Source: Collinsella sp.
GTDB taxonomy: Bacteria; Actinomycetota; Coriobacteriia; Coriobacteriales; Coriobacteriaceae
NCBI GenBank assembly: GCA_018382125.1
Contig: JAGZQO010000005.1
Location: 11,195 to 75,194, forward strand
Direction: 5' to 3'
Length of the DNA: 64,000 nucleotides
Shown: positions 61,160 through 64,000 of the stretch, piece after piece
How the letters are laid out: every line of letters begins with the position of its first letter
Position numbering within the stretch: position 1 is the stretch's first letter
Translations under genes and position numbers: made by a program
The notes under the pieces: generated by a model
Databases searched by the model: none
The model's input: only the letters and a program-made list of their open reading frames with translations
Told to the model about the DNA's origin: nothing

Positions 61160-62062
61160 CTAATTCGAAGAGGAAGGGTCGGCAATCATGGCCTTTCTGC
61201 CTACGTATTCCAATTTGGAAACATAGGATCCATCTTCTTCCTTATCGACACTTAAGTCGAAAGTTTGCATATTCCTGTAACCGAAGCAATCATAGTAAGC
61301 AATTCCCAGCTCATAGTATCCAACTGGAGAACATTTTTCGGTGTCGATATAAATCCCAAGGTAAAAGCTCTCACCATGATCGAGCGTCATCGCTCTGACT
61401 CCTCGCCATTCTTCGCCCTTAGAGTAAACACCGACCCTAACGTTGGTCGCACAACCTGGGCCAGTATTTGTAAATCTCAAAGGAGCATAAATGGTTTGGT
61501 TGGGTAATGAAAGTTCAAGGCCGTTCACAACCATACGCATATACTTAGATTTCACGCACTCCCACTGATGCCTGTTAAGTCCATCTTCATACTCAATCTT
61601 ATTGCCGATTATTACGTAAGTCTCGCGCTCATCAGCCTCACAATACTCATTGGAGATTTCCCTATAGCCAGCATCATTAGTGTGCGATTCGACAGCATCG
61701 TCGCTGCCAAAGGGAAGCATAGAAGATAAGCCTTTCCTATTCTTCTGAGCCAAGATCACCATCGAAAAATGCGGCGCGATGCTTTTCCTGCTCTGCACCC
61801 GTTGCTGCTCCCAAGCGTCAAATACGCCGTAAACGATACCGAGTAAGGCTATGAAGGCTGCACCCATCGTTCCGCAATACCCAAGCATATCCCCTGCACT
61901 CCAGGGAGTTTTTATAACATTTGGCGAGTCGACTGAATACAGCAGCATCACTGCAATTGGAATAAAAACAATGATCGTCAAGCTGACAAAGCACAGCAGA
62001 GCCGGGCTACCTTTAAGGCCAGAGTTCGCACCTATTCTTTCCTCGTCAGCTTTCTTCGACAC
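61160..62062 (-). CDS. Hypothetical protein, 2 N-terminal TM helices + soluble C-terminal domain
   Basis: GTG start at 62062 overlapping the upstream stop preferred to the track start at 62155; WSAGDMLGYCG segment. Confidence 0.65.
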   Translation of the reverse strand: MSKKADEERIGANSGLKGSPALLCFVSLTIIVFIPIAVMLLYSVDSPNVIKTPWSAGDMLGYCGTMGAAFIALLGIVYGVFDAWEQQRVQSRKSIAPHFSMVILAQKNRKGLSSMLPFGSDDAVESHTNDAGYREISNEYCEADERETYVIIGNKIEYEDGLNRHQWECVKSKYMRMVVNGLELSLPNQTIYAPLRFTNTGPGCATNVRVGVYSKGEEWRGVRAMTLDHGESFYLGIYIDTEKCSPVGYYELGIAYYDCFGYRNMQTFDLSVDKEEDGSYVSKLEYVGRKAMIADPSSSN

Positions 62063-62996
62063 AGTAGTCCAATCCGCCAAAATTAACACGCTTAACGTTA
62101 TCCCAATTATGGCGCATATAAAGAGCAGCAAACTCCGTCTGCAAAAGAGATACAAAAGGAGGGATGATAACGTGCTGAAGCGTGAACTTAAATGAATCTA
62201 CATTTACAGAATCACCGTCTATGGGGACAAAATTAATGCCGTAAGTTGAAAGCAATAACACTGCCTCGAGAAGAACGGAAGATGCATTTCTGCATTCTAG
62301 ATTAATGGCGAAATAGGACCCCTGACACCCAAATAGACGATCACGTCTACCTGGAGCATAAAATGAAGAGGCGGACTTATCGTTGCAAAATATAGGATTG
62401 TCACATCTGCAATTTATTAAATTAAAGTACAGAGTGGATGGATCTTCAATAAATCTTTTTAACTCAGCGCCACCACTAAGACCTGACCTTCCAACAATCC
62501 ACTTCCAATCACTATCATTCGCATCATCGGGATAACGGTAAATAAGCGAAACGTCGATGTTATTAATATTCGCCGAAATGACTTCCGAAACAACAGACTC
62601 CATTGAGCCGCATATCTCCCTGAGATACTGATGGACGTTGTAACAGTAAGGAAAATCTCTGGGATGCAGGTGAAGTGAATAAGTGTTTTCCTTTATCAGA
62701 TCTGTCTTTCGTTCGTTAAGCCTAACCAGCTGCGAAACAACGATCTGCTGGACATTCTGTTTGAAAAGCTTTGACTCCAATTCAAAATTAGCTCGCTTTA
62801 TCCTTTGTTTCGAAAACTCATGGACAACAATCAGGACCACGGAGCCCGCTACTAAAAGAAAATACAACAAGGCTTTAACGTGAACTTGATTACCGTCTGA
62901 AACAAAATGATCGACAGCAATCAATCCCGGCGTTGCCAGAAGCGCAAGCATAACCGAAGAAGCATATGCAATTCTCTTAATAGTATTCAGATTCAT
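62046..62996 (-). CDS. Hypothetical protein, 2 N-terminal TM helices + possible GAF-like domain
   Basis: 316-aa low-GC ORF with two hydrophobic helices, then a coiled coil and a globular domain. Confidence 0.65.
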   Translation of the reverse strand: MNLNTIKRIAYASSVMLALLATPGLIAVDHFVSDGNQVHVKALLYFLLVAGSVVLIVVHEFSKQRIKRANFELESKLFKQNVQQIVVSQLVRLNERKTDLIKENTYSLHLHPRDFPYCYNVHQYLREICGSMESVVSEVISANINNIDVSLIYRYPDDANDSDWKWIVGRSGLSGGAELKRFIEDPSTLYFNLINCRCDNPIFCNDKSASSFYAPGRRDRLFGCQGSYFAINLECRNASSVLLEAVLLLSTYGINFVPIDGDSVNVDSFKFTLQHVIIPPFVSLLQTEFAALYMRHNWDNVKRVNFGGLDYCVEES

Positions 62997-63057
62997 CGCG
63001 CGCCCCATGCCCAAACACAAACGCGGCGCCAGCATCAAACCAGCGCCGCATCAATAA

Positions 63058-64000
63058 CTAGTCCCTCTTAAACAGATCCCTCGTGTACACCTTGTCCGCC
63101 ACGTCCGCGAGCTCGTCGCTCCAGCGGTTGGCGACGATCACGTCGCAGCCGGCCTTGAAGGCCTCCAGGTCGTGGGTCACCTCGGAGCCGAAGAACTCCG
63201 GCGCGTCCAGCGTGGGCTCGTAGACCACCACGGGCACGCCCTTGGCCTTCACGCGCTTCATGACGCCCTGGATGGAGCTCGCGCGGAAGTTGTCGGAGTT
63301 CGACTTCATCGTCAGGCGGTACACGCCCACGACCGGCTTTTCCTTGCCCTCGTACACGCGGTCCCACACCATCTGCAGCACCTCGTCGGCGACGAAGTCC
63401 TTGCGGGTGCGGTTGGACTCCACGATGGCTTCGATCAGGTTCTGCGGCACGTCCCTGTAGTTGGCCAGCAGCTGCTTGGTGTCCTTGGGAAGGCAGTAGC
63501 CGCCGTAGCCGAAGCTGGGGTTGTTGTAGTGGCTGCCGATGCCGGCTCCAGGCAGACGCCGTCGATGACGTCGCGGGTGTTGAGGCCGCGCACCTCGCAG
63601 TAGGTGTCGAGCTCGTTGAAGTAGGCCACGCGCAGCGCCAGGTAGGTGTTGGCGAACAGCTTGACGGCCTCGGCCTCGGTGGTGCCCAGCACGAGCTCCG
63701 GGATGCCCACGGTGCCGTCGGCATTCTCGCGCTCCAGCTCGGCGGGGTCGGCGCCCTGTGCGAGCAGGCCGGCGAAGCGCTCGGCGGCGGCCACGGCCTC
63801 GGGGTCGTCCTTGGGCGCGCCCACCACGATGCGGCTGGGGTGCAGGTTGTCGTAGAGCGCCTTGCTCTCGCGCAGGAACTCCGGGCTGAAGAAGATCTTG
63901 CTGTCGCCCAGCCTCTCGCGCAGGCCCGCGGTGTAGCCCACCGGGATCGTCGACTTGATGACGATCCAGGCGTCCGGGTTCACCGAGCGAACGGCGGCGA
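63058..64000 (-). pseudogene. ugd: UDP-glucose 6-dehydrogenase (5' part outside the window), -1 frameshift at about 63542
   Basis: [25 protein letters not shown] in one frame; [20 protein letters not shown]...KVYTRDLF in another; one C missing from CCG CGC ATC. Confidence 0.88.

Larger units (their letters stand above)
46200..63050. other. AT-richer genomic island / putative defence hotspot
   Basis: Abrupt, visible drop in GC and change in codon usage relative to the flanks; contents listed below; boundaries approximate. Confidence 0.8.

Noticed and set aside
46200..63050. Prophage or ICE
   Set aside because: No integrase, structural, relaxase or conjugation genes, and no flanking att repeats seen

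Overview
Chromosomal window of a high-GC Gram-positive bacterium. The gene order and protein character suggest Coriobacteriia, probably Collinsella-like (inference). Almost all genes are on the minus strand. 1-27 kb is core housekeeping: smc(partial)-rnc-acpP-plsX-rpmF-yceD-sepIVA-like-coaD-rsmD-recG-DAK2-Asp23, two tRNA-Asn, rpoD-dnaG-ribF-truB-DHH-rbfA-infB-nusA-rimP, leuS. 27-35 kb holds guaB, an orphan ModE-type HTH, a degenerate Cys/Met PLP-enzyme homologue and a sucrose locus (GH32, PTS IIBC with an in-frame amber stop, LacI repressor with three visible operators). 35-46 kb is a tightly coupled 8-gene operon: a Gram-positive pelDEAFG exopolysaccharide cluster (pelG frameshifted) extended by a Tat-lipoprotein CotH kinase, a VTC/CYTH polyphosphate-polymerase-domain protein and a DUF4956 membrane protein. 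This extension is the best candidate for an undescribed system. About 46.2-63.05 kb is a visibly AT-richer island resembling an anti-phage defence hotspot. It carries a decayed TA pair, a SIR2 NADase-like gene with an SOS-box-like site, a KAP NTPase, a Gabija-like OLD nuclease + UvrD pair, a PD-(D/E)xK nuclease, several orphan membrane proteins, a duplicated ~120-bp promoter/leader module and an internally deleted IS256. The window ends in a frameshifted ugd. Several long intergenic hairpins are present. No CRISPR array, rRNA or integrase was seen. The three single-base gene lesions may be real or assembly errors.
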